A DNA stretch of 64,000 nt from Lineus longissimus (Eukaryota): the NCBI RefSeq assembly GCF_910592395.1, contig NC_088308.1, positions 620,001-684,000 on the forward strand, given 5' to 3'. A program made the position numbers and the translations under genes. A model generated the notes under the pieces. The model was not told the origin of the DNA, made no database searches, and saw only the letters and a list, made by a program, of their open reading frames with translations. Positions 1 to 13,800 of this stretch are shown here, piece by piece (the first letter of the stretch is position 1; each line of letters opens with the position of its first letter).

Positions 1-2814
1 TTTCTAATCATCGCACTTGGTTGGCCTAATTTATTGACTGGGAACATTTTCAAAATATCCTATATCGATAAGAAGTAGAAAACATGTCGGCTGTGGATTG
101 AAGCCTTCCATTGGTAGCCATGCAGTATGTTGTTGGTTCAGCTCCTACAAGAGATTTGGGGGTCACGATATTAGAGATCTTTCATCTCCCGTCTTGGTCC
201 CTACCACCAAAATACCACAGCGGGACTGTCAGTCTGGAAGGCATCTTGTCAGTCTAAAGGAGTTTTGACTACTTTGAAATTTCAAACTTGTTCCAGGCGG
301 AACTTTATAATACCAGTCTTGTTTTTACAGCCCAATTAATCACATATAATGAAATAACATACAAGCCTATAACTATTACTGAAATGCGAACACGCTATTA
401 CAAGATATGTAACAATAGAATTTGTTTTAGAAAGTCACTGGACTCTACATATACATGTTCTTGTACACATATTCTGATGTAGTTTATAGGGTAAAATGGT
501 GAGACTGACATCTTAAATGAAGACATGAAAATCGTCAGTAGAATGACGCCATGCATATTCAATTCCAGTTTACGAGAGATTTCAAAAGAGAGATTGTGTC
601 AATTTATTTGCCGACGTAGGTTTGGGTTGGAAAATTTCTCTCTCAAACATATCGATTTGACACCCGCTCATGAAATAAACTAGAAAATGTGTCAGTTCTT
701 ATCAACCTTCAATGATTTCAATCGGGTTCTCTCTATTGATTTGAACAAGGTCGAATTATTCCTCTTCTATCAAACACATGCTGGGTTCACAGCCAGGCAA
801 GATAAAGTTCCTGGAGAGATTGAAATGAGTGGCCTAACCGGTAAGGCCAATGAAATGGTTGTCACCTGATTGAACATTGATTTATGATATTCTCATCCAT
901 CTTTATGTATACACTGATGATGATCATACCTCAATACCAAGTCATTTTACTTCAGCAACAGTTCTTTCCACTTGCCTGACCTTTGTAAGAATCCAACCCT
1001 CAGGTCCAGAGAGTAAGAATACTTAATTGTATTTTGACAAGCACAAAGTCAATCGATTCTAAACTACAGTATCCCTTGATGGCTAATGCTATTATGATTG
1101 TAAAGGCTATCATCGATTACAAGGCAGACAGATGGCCACTTTAAACAAACCAGCTGCGGGCCAACCACTAATTTCTTCTGTAACCTTGTTATAGGATCAT
1201 CAATGTGTATGGCAGACTCGTCTTTGATAACTGATCTGGAATCACAAACTTCTGCTAATTTGAAGCCTAACGGTTATGGTGTCCATTCACCAACGACGGT
1301 AGATCGGCATGCTGTTGATCTATTCAGTCTTATTCTGCTTATGCCGCCTGATGAAATTGGTATTCTATCACGACTTCCTTCACAAGGACAATGCGGTGTA
1401 ACTATCAAGAAGTATACCAGCAATAATTAATACAACCAAACCGATGTGTTCCGTAAAGAGCCCTCACCTTTTCAATCAGATGAGAAACCGAGTTGAAGTG
1501 TGATTGATATTGACTAAAGCAGTTGACATAGCCGGGAAATGAACTTTTCGTGACGAGTGAACAGCCTAGACGCGAGATGAGGATGATCAGTTTCAGATGG
1601 TGCAAATTTGTATTTAATTTCCTTGACGATGTTGGTAAATTTACAGAGTGAACGATCTCGGTGACGTCATCTTTAAAGTTAATGAATTCAAGCTTAGATA
1701 AGTAAGGCTGTTGATGTCATGACGGGTATGAAAAGGTCAGAAATGTATTACAATTGAGCTAGTTCTCAATCATTTTCAATTAGCACATCAATAATTGTCA
1801 AATATTATTTAGGTTTCCATGTGTTTGCCCGACACCAAGATTATGCGATATCAGCTGTTTGTCCTAGACGTGTTACATAACAGATAAAAGGCTGTTTACA
1901 AAAGGTCACTGACCATGACATTATAATTAATCATGATTTTCAACGAACATGTTTGTCAGTGACATGTACATTTACATACCAATTCAGTAAGGATGGTACA
2001 GAGGTAAGAGTTAGTGAATTGACTCTCCTCACATCAGTGTGTTCCTACTGATTTGATTCTCAATCTCAACCATTTTCGGCTGAGGGAACGAATACCATGG
2101 CCCAAAAGAGAGCTTCTCAACACCCTGCAGGGCGGACGGCAAAGCTAAAATGATTTCACTCTGGACTCTTCAAATTCTCTTCTCATCACCTTGGTCCGTA
2201 AAGTTATTTCACCAATTTCCTTTGCGATTGAACTTCGCTGCCAGCTGTCAACATGGATACTCTGTGTTTTTGTGAAATATTTAGTTTGCAGCCATGTGTT
2301 TCTGCAGTCCATCAGCATTTCAAACCAAGCTGTTTATTGATCGAGTTAATCATTTCAGCTCGACTGAGTGACGTGGCGAATCCCATCCTTGTTCGCTAGG
2401 GCAAAGATCCACGTCAAGATTATCACTCATTTCTTGAAACAACTCGTGAGCTGACAGAACGTGTTTCGCATCATATCGAATCCAACTAAGATTTGAATCT
2501 TGAGTTGTTTTCAGAACTCATGATTGCACCTGATGAAGTAAAAGAAACAAGTTGAATTGATGTGCGTCTCGCCTTGGTTATGGTAATACCAAGAAACGTC
2601 ATCATCCCATCAATGGAGGGGAAGGATGGTGCTATGTCTGTCTAAAAGATGACAGACAAAGATGATCGGCTGTTTATCGAGTGCCTGTCATTGCAGTGAC
2701 TCCATCTCATTCTATTCCAACAATCCCCCACATGACAGGTTCTATAAATTTGATATGTATTATATTCCTTCGTGTAATACATGTCCATTTCTGTCGTTGC
2801 AGGCTGATTGAACA

Positions 2815-4500
2815 ATGATCCGCGAGGTCCTCTATTATTCCATGATGCGAACCATTCCACGTGTTGTCATCCTACTCCTTGTCCTCTCCTTTGCCATGCT
2901 GCTTCTAATCTCGCGCTGCGGCGTCGAGATGGACTACACGCTACAGAGCCATCCACCGGGCACCCCAAGGCGGGAATATTACCTCCATATGTTGGAGGAT
3001 CAGAATAGCGTCCACGGGAAGGAGATTCAAAAACTGAAAGAACAGATCGCTGCTTTACAGGAGGAAGTACGGCATCGGGCGGGAAAGATTTCCCGCGTTA
3101 TGAAAAATGCTGTGGGACCAAATTCCGATGATGCAGAGGGTGGCGAGGAGGAAACCTTTGGTGTGAATCACAAAGTGGAGAAGCGACGTGATACAGGGGT
3201 TCAACAAATGTCCATTCCTTTACAGAGTTCGAGTGATTTAGGAAAGTACATCCAGCAGAAAGTAAAGGAGTCGGAAATTGTCACTGGTGTGAGTTTGAAC
3301 ACGGAGTATGATCTGACGGCGTTTTATCGTTTTACCCTTAATCGTGTTTATCTGTCTCATCTGGGATTAGGGAAGCGTGTTGTTGAGAGACCCATTGGGT
3401 TCAAAAAGAAAGACCTTCACGAAGTCTTGGTGCTGGCTCTGGAGACACTCAATAAAAACCGAGGGACAAAGCCTCTTTTTACTGGGGATCATTTTGTAGA
3501 AGGTCTTTATAGGACAGAACAATCAATGGGGACACATTATGAGCTATTTTTCCGCAATATTGATATGACAGCGGAACATGGATATCGCAGATTAGTGCTG
3601 ACTCGGCCGTATGCGCCCCTGCAGCTTGTGCTCGACAACACAACAGAAACCGATGACGAAGTCATCAATTTGATACTGCCGTTATCCGCTTCACGTATTG
3701 ATACATTTCGGACATTCATGGACTACTTTAAGCGGGTGTGTATAAAAGCTGACAAACGTATCTTCCTGACGATTGTGTATTTTGGCTCCTATCATTTAGA
3801 TACAGTAAAAGCAGTCATTTCAACAATTGAAAGATTATTCAAATTTCGACTCATAAAGTTAGTGCCATTGAATGAAACATTTAGCCGAGGGCGTGGCCTA
3901 CAAGTCGGTGTACAGAGTTGGACTAAAGGTGACGTTCTCATGTTCTTATGTGACGTTGATATCATTTTCACGACAGAGTTTCTCGAAAGGTGTCGCCTTA
4001 ATGCATTCAAAGGTACTAAAGTCTACTACCCCATGGTATTCAGCTTATATAACCCTAGCGTGGTCTACACGCTCCAGGACAACGATATCCCGCCGCGTGA
4101 TAGGCAGCTGGTCATATCAAAAGCTACGGGATTCTGGCGCGATTTTGGTTATGGCATGACGTGCCAGTACCGGTCAGACTTCCTCGCCATTGGCGGTTTT
4201 GAGGAAAAAATAACCGGTTGGGGGATGGAGGACGTGCTACTGTATCGTAAATATGTGAAAAGTCGTTATCTGGTTGTACGAGCGCCTGATCCTGGAATCT
4301 TCCACATGTGGCATGAGAAACATTGTGATCCTGAGCTTCCTGTCGACCAGTATAGAGCGTGCATCCAGTCCCGCGCCCTGAACGAGGCCTCTCACGAACA
4401 GCTCGGCATGTTGGCCTTTAAAAATGAACTGGAGCAGTATAAAGAAAAGAAAGAAAACCGGGAAAAACAACAGAGCCATATCGTACCTGTCCATACGTAG
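2815..4500 (+). CDS. CSGALNACT: Chondroitin sulfate N-acetylgalactosaminyltransferase (CSGALNACT1/2-like), single coding exon, 561 aa
   Basis: Long ORF with an N-terminal signal anchor, coiled-coil stem and family motifs (EGLYRTEQSMGTHYELFF, FSRGRGLQVG, DVD in LMFLCDVDI, KVYYPMVFSLYNP, GFWRDFGYGMTCQYRSDF, GWGMED, WHEKHC). A splice acceptor (ttgcag, ending 2802) lies just upstream of the ATG. Confidence 0.93.
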   Translation: MIREVLYYSMMRTIPRVVILLLVLSFAMLLLISRCGVEMDYTLQSHPPGTPRREYYLHMLEDQNSVHGKEIQKLKEQIAALQEEVRHRAGKISRVMKNAVGPNSDDAEGGEEETFGVNHKVEKRRDTGVQQMSIPLQSSSDLGKYIQQKVKESEIVTGVSLNTEYDLTAFYRFTLNRVYLSHLGLGKRVVERPIGFKKKDLHEVLVLALETLNKNRGTKPLFTGDHFVEGLYRTEQSMGTHYELFFRNIDMTAEHGYRRLVLTRPYAPLQLVLDNTTETDDEVINLILPLSASRIDTFRTFMDYFKRVCIKADKRIFLTIVYFGSYHLDTVKAVISTIERLFKFRLIKLVPLNETFSRGRGLQVGVQSWTKGDVLMFLCDVDIIFTTEFLERCRLNAFKGTKVYYPMVFSLYNPSVVYTLQDNDIPPRDRQLVISKATGFWRDFGYGMTCQYRSDFLAIGGFEEKITGWGMEDVLLYRKYVKSRYLVVRAPDPGIFHMWHEKHCDPELPVDQYRACIQSRALNEASHEQLGMLAFKNELEQYKEKKENREKQQSHIVPVHT

Positions 4501-6497
4501 GATATCCATGCATGCTATTTTCGCCCTACCATGTTCTCATTGAAAACACTGCCATTCGAAACTATTTTAGAGACATCAGCGTAACTAGTGAGACGAAATT
4601 TCTTTCACTGTGACCTGCGACGTGGCCTTGAATGTGGCGATCAATTGGGCGTATTTACCATATCAGCATTCAGAGGTACTCTGTCCGTAACATCCCCTTG
4701 GTGTGATGGAGTCCGAATCGGCGGAGTGGAATCGAGGCTCGAGGCGGAGTCCAGGTTGGCGGAGTGGATCCGAGGGTCAAGATGCCACGTTCAAACCACG
4801 ATCGTTATATTTTCATGGCTATGTCACAGGTCGAAATGACAGAAACGGCTTATTCGCGGAGCGCTTAACTGTACCATTCCAGTTTTTTTAGCAAAGTGCC
4901 GTAATATATGCATTTAAATTCCATCAACAATTTGAACGCACATTTCCAGCAAGGTCGATTTTAAAACCTTGAGTAAGGCAACAGTATCAAAATCATCAGA
5001 CAGATCACAGAAAGCTGGCACTTTTTCAGTTTACCGTTCAAATGGTTACAGTTGATCAATCTGTTGTCTCGAATGCTGTTATTTTTATGCGTGTCGAGAT
5101 TTTATATGAGTTCTCACCCTTGCTTCGTGTTATTCCTGGTATTGATGACATGTAAAGAATTTTCAAGAATATTTTGTCCGCGCTCAGGTGAGTTATACTT
5201 TTCGGGTTATGAATAGATAAACTTTAGAGAAACGGAGGTGCATTATCAGCGTCTGACATGAAATGGTTACTATAAGTACACTGTAGCTTTAACTGTTTGC
5301 CATACTTTGCCATTTACTGACTAGCAATTATTAGCTCGAGTTATTCAGCAATTTATTGAAGTAGCACCACCAGCTCCCTAGACATGTCGGACATGACACA
5401 TCGCGCTTGGTGACGGAATAATGAGATTTTCTCAACGATATACTCCATGAACTTTAATTATTGCTGTCACCGAGTCTCAACAGAAAAAGGAGTTGTCTCA
5501 AGAATGCTTGGCAGGCATTTATAACATGAGTACCCGAAATTTTGTAAACTGTCACGTGTACATTTTTCGATGCATCACGAAAACTTCTTCTTTACAAGAT
5601 CAGCATTTCAGATTCAAGAGTTTTGTAGAATCTTGTAGCGTAAACTTTATCAGTACTGACTTGATTGGCATTTATCTTGAGACAAGACTAAATGGCAGGG
5701 AGATAAATTCAATTTTGATCCTCAAATTTTATTGTATTTTGATCTGCACTTGAAGCATTTAAATTTCTTTTCGCTGCTGTTCATTTCTGTTGGTTTACTA
5801 TGTCGAATCTGATGTCTTCATTGTAAATGAGACAACAACACGGACGAAGGAAATAAGACATTTTCTCACCTTCAACCTAATGTTTGAATGTCATATTCTC
5901 AATTGACAGACTTCCCTCACCACTTGTATCTCAAGTGAATATATCCATCCCACTTGAATCGTGACAGAATTAGGTGCACCAACATTGTGAAAGTCACTAG
6001 GTTCTTAAAGGAGGAGAAGCATGCGATGATATCAGGCCAGCATTAGTATAGTTAGCAGAAATCTTGTAGGAAGGGTAGTTCTCTATTTGAAAATGTACAC
6101 AAACATTGCGAACATTTTCAGGTGTATATATGTGGCACCCTCTATGCAGAGAAATGTGTACTTATAATAAGTGCTGTTCCGACAGCTCTCACTACTCCCC
6201 CTTTAAATGATCCTTTGATTGACATGTATGATCACGCACTTGCTTCCCGACACACCCAATCATTTTCCGTTCGTGTTATTCAAAGATCCATCTTTATCCG
6301 ATGGAACATCACCAATCTTCTTCCAATCAGACACGCTGAATGCTGCGGGTGATGAATATTTCACAGACGGTACGGACTTTAAATTCATATCGGACACCTA
6401 GACATGGGCCAATCCATCACCTCATACTTGATTTGAAATGATACCATAATCGCACGGATGATGCTGTAGACCTGCTTCAGCTTTGAATAGAGAATCT

Positions 6498-6615
6498 GGG
6501 CGATATAAATAAAGACTAGCAAATGCTTTTATCCGGAACTCCATGTACATTCACACTTGGCATTCCTGTACAAAATTGAAGTAAAAGCATTTGCTGGTCT
6601 TTATTCATATCATCC
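6498..6615. mobile_element. MITE family A, copy 1 (118 bp, about 34-bp imperfect terminal inverted repeats)
   Basis: Ends GGGCGATATAAATAAAGACTAGCAAATGCTTTTA and TAAAAGCATTTGCTGGTCTTTATTCATATCATCC; homologous to 39071-39187 and 60717-60834. Confidence 0.85.
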
Positions 6616-8175
6616 ATTGTGTCGAGATTCCAAGGGTTCCACTTTAAATTGATAAATGTGGGCTCAGCCTACGATTGAGAATCATCTTGAAGCTGACAGT
6701 CAAATCTACTATCGAGGGTAAGGCCCGCAATGCCGAGCACGTGGGAATGTTTGGGATGTGATATTCCGCTTAGTGCTGATGGGGAAGCCAGTCATGTCTC
6801 GCCAAATTTGCACCCCCATGTTTTGGATGATTGGTCTCGAGATATTGCCAGGCGGACACAATTGAACAGGTGGTAGAATGTCTGTGTTGATTTTCTGATT
6901 CATTCTAGCGCTGCCTTCTGTCAAAGAACTTGAGCGAACTTCATAACAGTGCCCTCCCGATAACCAACCTGAATGCTCTCGTCTATGTCGGCTCTTTATT
7001 TTAGTCATTGGAGTTTTTTGCCGTTATAGTTCTGTGTATTATAGACGATTGATGTCTCACTGCCTACTATGTCTGATAAATAAATTATATTTTATGATAC
7101 TTCTTTGTTGTTTTTCTTCGTTGAGATTAGGCACTACGTGATTTGATGCTGCCAATGTCTTCATTGCACCGATTAGGTCACCACCATACTTCTCATAGCT
7201 TGGACACATGCAAGTCAAGTCCAGTTATGTGTAGAAGACAAGCTAAACTGACCAGTTTACTTGACCCAGAAAACTGTCGATTGTGTATTAGTTTGTCCTC
7301 TACCCCTCTTGTTGTACAGTCTCCAAGCAAAGTCCTTAAAGCCATATCTACTTTCAAAGGCCCTATCCACTACTGTCCGATCTCATGAAGGAAGTCAAGG
7401 AAAAACAAAAGATAAAACGAACGAATCATCATATATTTGTTTATGACTATTCTAATACTGATACAGTGGAATCTAAAATCACCCTCTCTGTAAGGGAAGC
7501 CATCCCATTCTGTCCATTTCTATTCATTTTGACCTCTGTAATCAGGTAGTTCTCTGTATTTGTCACACCCAACTTGGGCGTTCCAAATCAGTGTCCTCAT
7601 AGGAAGGGTGTCCTGCTCAGTGTTCGCTAAGAGAGGTTCCACTGTAATCTAAGTTTTGATTATCACCACTGTAAATAATGGTTTTGTTTTAAGTAATACT
7701 TTTTAAAATACCAAAACTGGTTAAACACACACAGAGTAATATGAAAAGTTGTCATCAGTGGGCTGATAATGAACACATTAGGTTAATGGAAGCACTTTAT
7801 ATAATCTAATCTGCAAGTCCACATGTGAAACCATGGAAGAGTGAGTGTAAAAACACTAACATAGATATCTGTAGTCTATGGAGCCGACTTCCACCTTCTG
7901 GCAAGACCAAACTGAGCAACACTTACGTCATTGTAAAAACCTACGATTGTGCTAAGAATATCACAGTGCTGCCATCTCTCCAACACTGAAACAACCAAAA
8001 GCTGGTGTAATGTGACCAGTCGAGCAGTAACACACAAGTGTTATCATGTTACAGTGGTTACCCTTACAAAAATCAATGTTCATCAACCTATAGATTAAAT
8101 TTTTTTGTACAAAATGGGCTGAGACACATTTTCTTTTCCAGTCTCTTTCGAGTAATCCACAGGGACAAGTTCATC

Positions 8176-9949
8176 CTAAAGCTCCTGCCCTGGTCTCTCT
8201 CTCATGGCCTCCATCCAGTAGTCATTGAACTTGCCCGGATTGGTCTCTCCAACCTGCAGCATCTTATTGATAGCAACAGCTTTACTGTAGGCTTGCCAGT
8301 AATCCTCGATCCAGTCAATTCGGCCAAGTTCTCCGGGTTGGCTAGCCTTTCTGAAGTACAAAACATGGACCATGAGAACAACAGCAAGAATGGGATGCAA
8401 TTATTTTAGTAAGAGGTCTGCAGTAATAGTGGATCATTTTCAAAACTGGGTGATACATGTGTAGATAACACAGGGTAAAGAGAAATTAAGTCTCCAAAAT
8501 CTATTAAAGGGGTGGTACTACTATGGTACCAATCTTTCAGACTCCCCATCACTCTGGTGAGTTTGGAATACACATCACCCCCCTAGCCAATTACCTTTTT
8601 TCTTTGAGATCTTCCAGAACTTGGTCTTGATCTAGAGATGGATGTGGGTGTGGTTGGTGGCAGTTGAGGTGGCTGTAGTGGGCTATCCTTGGTGGCATCA
8701 ATGGAACACTCGGGTCAGCATGGTGTTGTTTCTCATTCTGGAATCTCTCGCTGATCTTCTCACAAACATGGCATTCAAATCCCTGAAGAAAATTATACTT
8801 TCTTGGATCATTGTCATCATATGGTCTATTCTTCATATGGTTGACAAGTAACGAGTTTGTAATCCCACCAGCTTTCCGATACTCTAAGTATTTTTCATAC
8901 TCCTCATCATTAGAATCAAGTCTTAGTAAATATTCAGCAAGATCTTTAGGCGATGCAAAGTCATCAACAGTTATTACAGAATGCTCATCAGGCATCCAGT
9001 CTCTAACTTTTGTCGAACCCAAGTGGACAGGAACACCTCCTACGTGGAAGACCCTGAAAAGTTTCTCTGTCATGTAGTCATCACATAAAGCATTTTCAAA
9101 TGCCAAATGAAATTTGTATTTTGAAATTAAGTCAAGAAATTGTGGACTACCCATATGTTCCACTGGGTCTATCAGTTCTTTTGGTAAATCCTTATTGTGA
9201 AGACAAGCACCATACGAATCAACAGGAATATATTTCATAAGTTCCTCAACATAGGGATCACGATAAGAAGCAACGCCTCTGTGTGATTGGATATAAACAA
9301 CAGGAGCAAGTCCGTCTTTCCTGTGTTTATTTTTCACATCTATAGACAACGGCTTCCTTTCAATTAGATAATGTAAAGACGGCAGTGAGTACAAAGTCAA
9401 GGGGTAATCAGACTCTCTCTTGAACGTACTCGTGTGGTTAAAAAGACGAATCATGTTGGTGTGAGTCAGAAGGTGATTATTCATTGGCGATTCCTCATGC
9501 ACAAGAGCCCATTCATGGTGTTTCTTTCGTGGAATTGGCAGCTCTTCGCTATCAAAATCGGACCCATAAAAGATGATCCCACGTGTCTTTGCACGAGACA
9601 AGTGTTTACGATTGCTTGTCACACGACAGGACGCTTTAGGACATTGAAGAATCGAATTTTCCTTGTGAGTAAATAGTCTATGTGTCCACCAGAGAATTGT
9701 CGGAATATCGATCTGTGTATCCCTAACATATGGTGGCACATCTCCATCAGCATTTGACACATCAACTCCATCCTTTGTTGTTATTGTTGTTGACGACACA
9801 TTTCCTGAAGCCACATTCAAGATTTGTTTTGATGACGTGTGGGGTTCAAAAACCTCTTGATCGTTGATGTCATGCGTAGCGATCGTCATTTCCAAATTGT
9901 GTAAGACTCCACAAAGCACCAGCAACAGACCAGCACCATTGCCTCTCAT
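8176..9949 (-). CDS. FUT11: FUT10/FUT11-type GT10 fucosyltransferase; exons 9949-8595 and 8350-8176, about 509 aa
   Basis: Motifs ILWWT, FYGSDF, WALVHEESPMNN, FNHTSTFKRESDYP, DSYGACLHNK, YKFHLAFENALCDDYMTEKL. Phase-2 donor AG|GTAATT at 8595/8594 joins acceptor ttcag|A at 8350, giving the tail ...DWIEDYWQAY...*. FUT10 versus FUT11 orthology is not resolved. Confidence 0.88.
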
Positions 9950-10270
9950 GATGGTGGCAGTAGAGACGAGAAATATGTGTTATCATCATCGCCACGTACC
10001 GCTTGTTTTCCTATTTATGGGCGCTGACATCTTGGATTTTAGACCACAATGCACCGCGAATTGCCGACGTGGCATGGACTGCGCATGCGTCCATACGGGC
10101 TATAAGTTTCCTGTACGTGGCGAAGTTGACAAAATCACCGCCAAATATCAGTCAAAAACAACTAATCCGTACTTGATATCGGTAAATATTGTGTTATATA
10201 TCATATTCCATCAACGGAGAAACGACGTACCGAAAACGACGATTGTGTGCCCTGTTTTACAGGTAAAAAA
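9950..10270. promoter_or_regulatory. Probable bidirectional promoter between FUT11-like and SEC24, with an NRF1-type site
   Basis: Divergent start codons under 1 kb apart; CpG-richer segment; TGCGCATGCG at 10080-10089; a possible non-coding-exon donor (ag|gtaaaa) near 10262. Confidence 0.5.
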
Positions 10271-10803
10271 GGACCCATACTGAACAGCCGGTGTTCCTTG
10301 AGATTTTCGCCTGTGAAATGCATTGCCGACCACTGTACATTTTGTTCACGATTCATGAGACATGTCATTGTCATATGATGGATATAGGTTGTGGTCATTT
10401 TTTTGTCCCGGTAGTGGTTTGAATATGTAAGCTGCTTGCTGATTCGACAAAGGCAAACCAGAACTCAGAACCCAAACAAAAGAAAAGTGCACACTCGGAA
10501 CACGCTGGAAGAAGGCCTAGCTAGCATGCTAGGGTAGGCTAAGATGCATTCACTTCGGACAGTGCCATAAACCACGGTGACCCTTTGTTGCAGGTGATTG
10601 GTCGCATGACTAGTCGGCACCCAAACAAACTTATTGACCGAAATATTGTGTCGAGACATGACTGTGGGTGGGGTATAAATAAGTGGGTTTTTGAATACCA
10701 TTTGGTACAATTTGGACCATTCCTATTTTTGACATCAATAGACTTCATCACAATATCATAATTGCGTATTTCTTTTCAGAACTTCGCCTAGGACATCAAT
10801 GTT

Positions 10804-13800
10804 ATGAATCCAGCATATGGCAGTGCTAACCCTGGCCCACCAGGGCCTGGTGGTATGATGGGCCAGAGACCTCCGCAACCTGGTCAGATGTACAACGGTC
10901 CAGCACCTCAGAGACCATCTGGTCCCCCTCCAGGTTGGTGCGAGTTCTCTCTCAATAAGGATTAAATGAAGGCAAATGCCAAAAGATTCTCTGAAAAGCT
11001 GAACTGAAAATGAAAGTTTGACTTGTCGGTGATCTTCCTATAGATATGTGCCACTTGTATAATGATAAGGTGTGCATTTGAAGCCTGACACCTACCATTG
11101 TAGTAATTCCTATTGATTTTAGTGACTGGGTTTATTTGAATAAATCTTGTGAGATGTCGGTTTATGATATCAGTTGCTTGTAGAAAGTCCTTACTGGCTC
11201 AAGTCTTGAAGAAATACATGAAATACCTGACATTTCAACCACCCAACCGTTGTCAAACAACATTGAGCCTGCTTTGATTCTGGAGTGACACAATGTTACT
11301 TCTCTATTCCAGGTCAGTATGGGGCACCACAAATGAAACCAGGAATGCCACCCCAGCAGTTTGGTGGTCAGCCTCCTCAACAGAATGGCAGTATGTACCC
11401 AGGGCCACAAGGGGATCAGTACGGTGCTCAGAGGTATGTTCAAAAGTAAGGCCGGAAAATGATGTTCAGAAAACAGGGAAAAACTTAAAAATTTTCCTTG
11501 TAATGAAGTCACCCTGTTTAGCACTTTAGGAAGTTACTAGTTTGAAGCAACTGGCATTGGATGTGACAGGACCCTGGATGAGACAGGCCAGAAGTTCACT
11601 CGTGCCTCTGGTAGGAGCTGTTGTACAATTCATGTATATGATTATCAAAATTTTCATTTTTCAGAGGGCCGGGCCCACAGCAGAGACCTCCTGGCCCAGG
11701 GCAATTTCCAGGCTCTCCAATGGCTGCCCCCGGCCAGCAGCAAATGAGAGGTGGCCCACCAACCTCTATGATGGGAGGACCGCCGTCGTCAACGGGTCAG
11801 ATGACAAATCAGATGAATGCAATGAATATATCTGGAGGACCTCCTAGACCAGGACAGACAGTAAGTGTCCTCTCTGCAGCCTTTAGTGTGCATGCAGTTT
11901 CTACAAAATACAATTTATTCAAAATCATTATTTTTCACAATGTGAACATCTCTTGCATTCATGCATTTGTCTGTTTCTCATACTTTCCAAGTGTTAATGT
12001 GATGGTAAATCTGTCTCATTTCAGGTCGGAGCACCAAACAGTATGCCACCTCAACAAGGGATGGGCCAGAGAATGCCACCGTCGAGTATGGCAGGCCCTC
12101 CTGGATCTGGAGGCATGATGGGCCCTCCGAAGCAAGGTATGCCTGGCCAACGGCCTCCTGGACCAAGACCTGGGCCTCCAGGCATGGGTATGCCTCCTTC
12201 ATCCATGGCTGGTATGCCTCCTAACTCCATGGGTAGTATGCCACCAAACTCCATGAGGGGAATGCCGCCATCGTCAATGTCTAGCATGCCACCTACGAGT
12301 GGCAACATGCCTTCATCCATTGGAATGCCGCCTGCTAGTGGCAGCATGCCGCCTACATCTGGTGGAATGCCACCACAAATGGGAGGGATGCAACCTCCAA
12401 TGGGAGGAATGCAACCTCCTATGGGTGGGTCTCAACCTCCTATGGGTGGAATGCAGCGGGGTGGTCAGCCACCTCTATCAAGGCCACCAGGACCGGGAAT
12501 GCCGCCCATGTCAGGGTCAATGCCACCAGGACAAGGAATGCCACCAACCTCTCAGTACAACCAGAACGCTGCTCCAATTATGTATGGTCAACAGGGACAA
12601 CCGGGAGTCCTACCAACCACCCCCACTGGAATGCCACCCATGCAGAATCAGGGACAGCCACCGCTGCCTGGACAGCCCCCAATGCCAGGACAAGGGCAGC
12701 CACCAATGCCAGGACAAGGGCAGCCACCAATGCCAGGACAAGGGCAGCCACCAATGCCAGGACAAGGGCAGCCACCAATGCCAGGACAAGGGCAGGCCCC
12801 AATGCCAGGACCGGGAGGCCAGTATCCTCAATTCTCTAATCAAGCCAGGCCTGCGCAACAACCACAGCAGCCTAGGAGACTAGACCCTGACCAGATGCCT
12901 AGTCCGGTAAGTGCTTACTCTAACAAAGGTGTCTTGATTAGTAAGGACATCGAAAATCTGGATGAGTGGTTATGTGTTCAGTCATCAAACCAAATTTTCT
13001 GAATATAAAAGGGTAAACAAACCTGTCATTGTTGACAAAGTGTTTGGTGATGTTGATGTTCTATTACAAGAATACATACATGTTCTGTTAGTGTAAATTC
13101 AAAAGTCACAGATTGTTGTGTTTGTCTAATTTTGGATGCCAATGTTCCCTTGTAGATCCAGGTAATAGAAGATGACCGTCGGAATCGGGGTGGTGTATTC
13201 CAGACGAATTCCCGCGGCCAGGTACCACCTCTGGTTACCACAGACTTCCATACGGAAGATGCTGGGAATGCAAATCCACGATTCATCCGCTCGACCATGT
13301 ATAATCTACCATGTACCCAGGACATGCAGAAGGAGTGCCATATACCAATCGCTATGACAATTACACCGTTCGCTAGGCTGGATGATAAGGAGGTGAGGTT
13401 ACTTACTTTTCGCCAGTTGTCATGTCCGAAAAGGCAGTGGACTTCATGTTATTGTTTGTTTATACAGAAACTGCTCTGCCTTACGATAGTGCTCTGAGAG
13501 GAGCAAGAATTGTTCTCACCATCCTTTGATGTCATTAACCCCTAAATTTTTCTCAGTGAGACAGAGACTTGTGAAGAGTCACAGTAGATACAACTTGGAC
13601 AGTTTACCAGTGATGCCCTCGTATGTAGATGATTAGATTCTGCTTCATCTCCATGATTCCTGTCTTTCAGCGACCTTTACCACTGGTTGATCTTGGTGAG
13701 ATGGGACCTGTACGTTGCAATAGATGTAAAGCTTATATGAATCCATACATGCAGTTCATTGATGGCGGCCGCAGATTCCAGTGTTGTTTCTGTACATGTT

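Noticed and set aside
6261..7008. Minus-strand 99-aa ORF (6709-7008) and an open exon-like segment near 6261-6398
   Set aside because: No recognisable homology and no convincing donor linking them; a small gene cannot be excluded without transcripts.
12051..12883. Alternative-frame and antisense ORFs with repeated peptides ([24 protein letters not shown])
   Set aside because: These are shadows of the 24-nt coding repeat and low-complexity SEC24 exon.
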